Shown one piece after another: positions 63,509 to 64,000 of a stretch of DNA of 64,000 nt. The DNA is taken from positions 3,676-67,675 of the forward strand of contig DAIOVL010000015.1 of NCBI GenBank assembly GCA_036759025.1, in the 5' to 3' direction. This DNA comes from Bacteroidales bacterium (GTDB lineage: Bacteria > Bacteroidota > Bacteroidia > Bacteroidales > VadinHA17). How positions within the stretch are numbered: position 1 is the first letter of the stretch; each line of letters opens with the position of its first letter. Position numbers and translations under genes: made by a program. The notes below the pieces were generated by a model that saw nothing but the letters and a program-made list of their open reading frames with translations, made no database searches and had not been told where the DNA came from.

Positions 63509-64000
63509 TCAGCCGTCAATGCCTGTGGCAGCCAGCCATGCTTTAGCCATAAGCTGTGCACCGGGGAGGGCAGCATGAACTCCGTCACCTGTCCAGTATG
63601 AAGCAGGAGCTCTTTTTATTGCTTCATCATATACTTTCTGGAAGGGGACGAAAACCGCTCCGAACTTCTCGCTTATTTCTTTTGCAGCTTTCTGGTATTC
63701 AGGAAATTCAGGGTACCATTTCTCATTAACAGCTTTTACACCCGGAACAGCATATGGTTCACATATTATCAGTTTCAGATCCGGCAGGGCTTTGAGTGTT
63801 CTTTCCACAAGCGCAATCAGATCGTTGCGATAGATCGCGACAGTACCGTCATAGTTACCATTGAATTTATGCCAGAAATCGTTTACACCAATAAGGATGC
63901 TGAGAATATCAGGCTTCAGTTCCAGGCAGTCCTTATCCCATCGTTCAGCAAGCTGATAGACTTTGTTTCCCGAGATGCCCTTGTTGTAAATTTTCAGGTT
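63509..64000 (-). CDS. SGNH/GDSL hydrolase, C-terminal part (5' end lies beyond the window end)
   Basis: The ORF track starts at a GTG (63808), but hand translation shows the frame is open to base 64000: NLKIYNKGISGNKVYQLAERWDKDCLELKPDILSILIGVNDFWHKF... These are SGNH blocks II (GISGN) and III (GVND). Block V is in TGDGVHAALPGAQLMA. Confidence 0.7.
   Translation of the reverse strand, partial: NLKIYNKGISGNKVYQLAERWDKDCLELKPDILSILIGVNDFWHKFNGNYDGTVAIYRNDLIALVERTLKALPDLKLIICEPYAVPGVKAVNEKWYPEFPEYQKAAKEISEKFGAVFVPFQKVYDEAIKRAPASYWTGDGVHAALPGAQLMAKAWLAATGIDG

Noticed and set aside
1-64000. Searched by eye for mobile elements, phage genes, toxin-antitoxin or defence systems (restriction-modification, CBASS, retron, Cas, nuclease/ATPase pairs), and for tRNA or rRNA genes.
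   Set aside because: No ORF shows integrase, transposase, nuclease-helicase or reverse-transcriptase motifs, and no tRNA-like T-arm/anticodon structures were spotted. The window looks like chromosomal catabolic islands rather than a mobile or defence island.

Overview
This 64-kb window is gene-dense, with about 45 CDS, roughly 80% of them on the minus strand. It looks like a carbohydrate-catabolism region of a probable Bacteroidota genome, judging by the many lipoprotein-type signal peptides, a Y_Y_Y/LuxR-type regulator and DUF families typical of the phylum. I saw no rRNA, tRNA, CRISPR array, transposase or integrase. The window falls into three blocks. (i) 1-19.1 kb is a beta-1,3-glucan (laminarin-type) utilisation operon. 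It encodes a regulator, a GH TIM-barrel fused to a predicted outer-membrane beta-barrel, a 1308-aa multi-module glycan-binding lipoprotein, GH16, a GPH/MFS importer, GH30, a 1156-aa phosphorylase-like protein and two signal-less GH17 genes, but no SusC/SusD pair. (ii) 19.4-30 kb holds a TPR protein, an ATPase-less MacB/FtsX-type permease preceded by three paralogous HlyD-type adaptor lipoproteins, a CE12-like esterase, and nikR with a small TonB-dependent receptor and a nitroreductase. (iii) 30-64 kb is a mosaic of exported glycan-processing genes: GH43, GH92, three DUF5060/DUF4038-like proteins, a GH106-like protein and a nucleoside-hydrolase-like lipoprotein. These are interleaved with Tat-signal Gfo/Idh/MocA oxidoreductases, Tat-signal xylose-isomerase-like TIM barrels and PmoA-like (DUF6807) proteins, which suggests a periplasmic oxidation/elimination route for glycosides. 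The best candidates for novelty are the SusC/SusD-less glucan locus headed by the enzyme::beta-barrel fusion, the triple-adaptor ATPase-less MacB-like operon, the Tat-exported oxidoreductase/TIM-barrel/PmoA-like module, and a 17-bp tandem array at 60.2 kb. All family calls come from motif recognition by eye. No database search, structure prediction or statistics were run.
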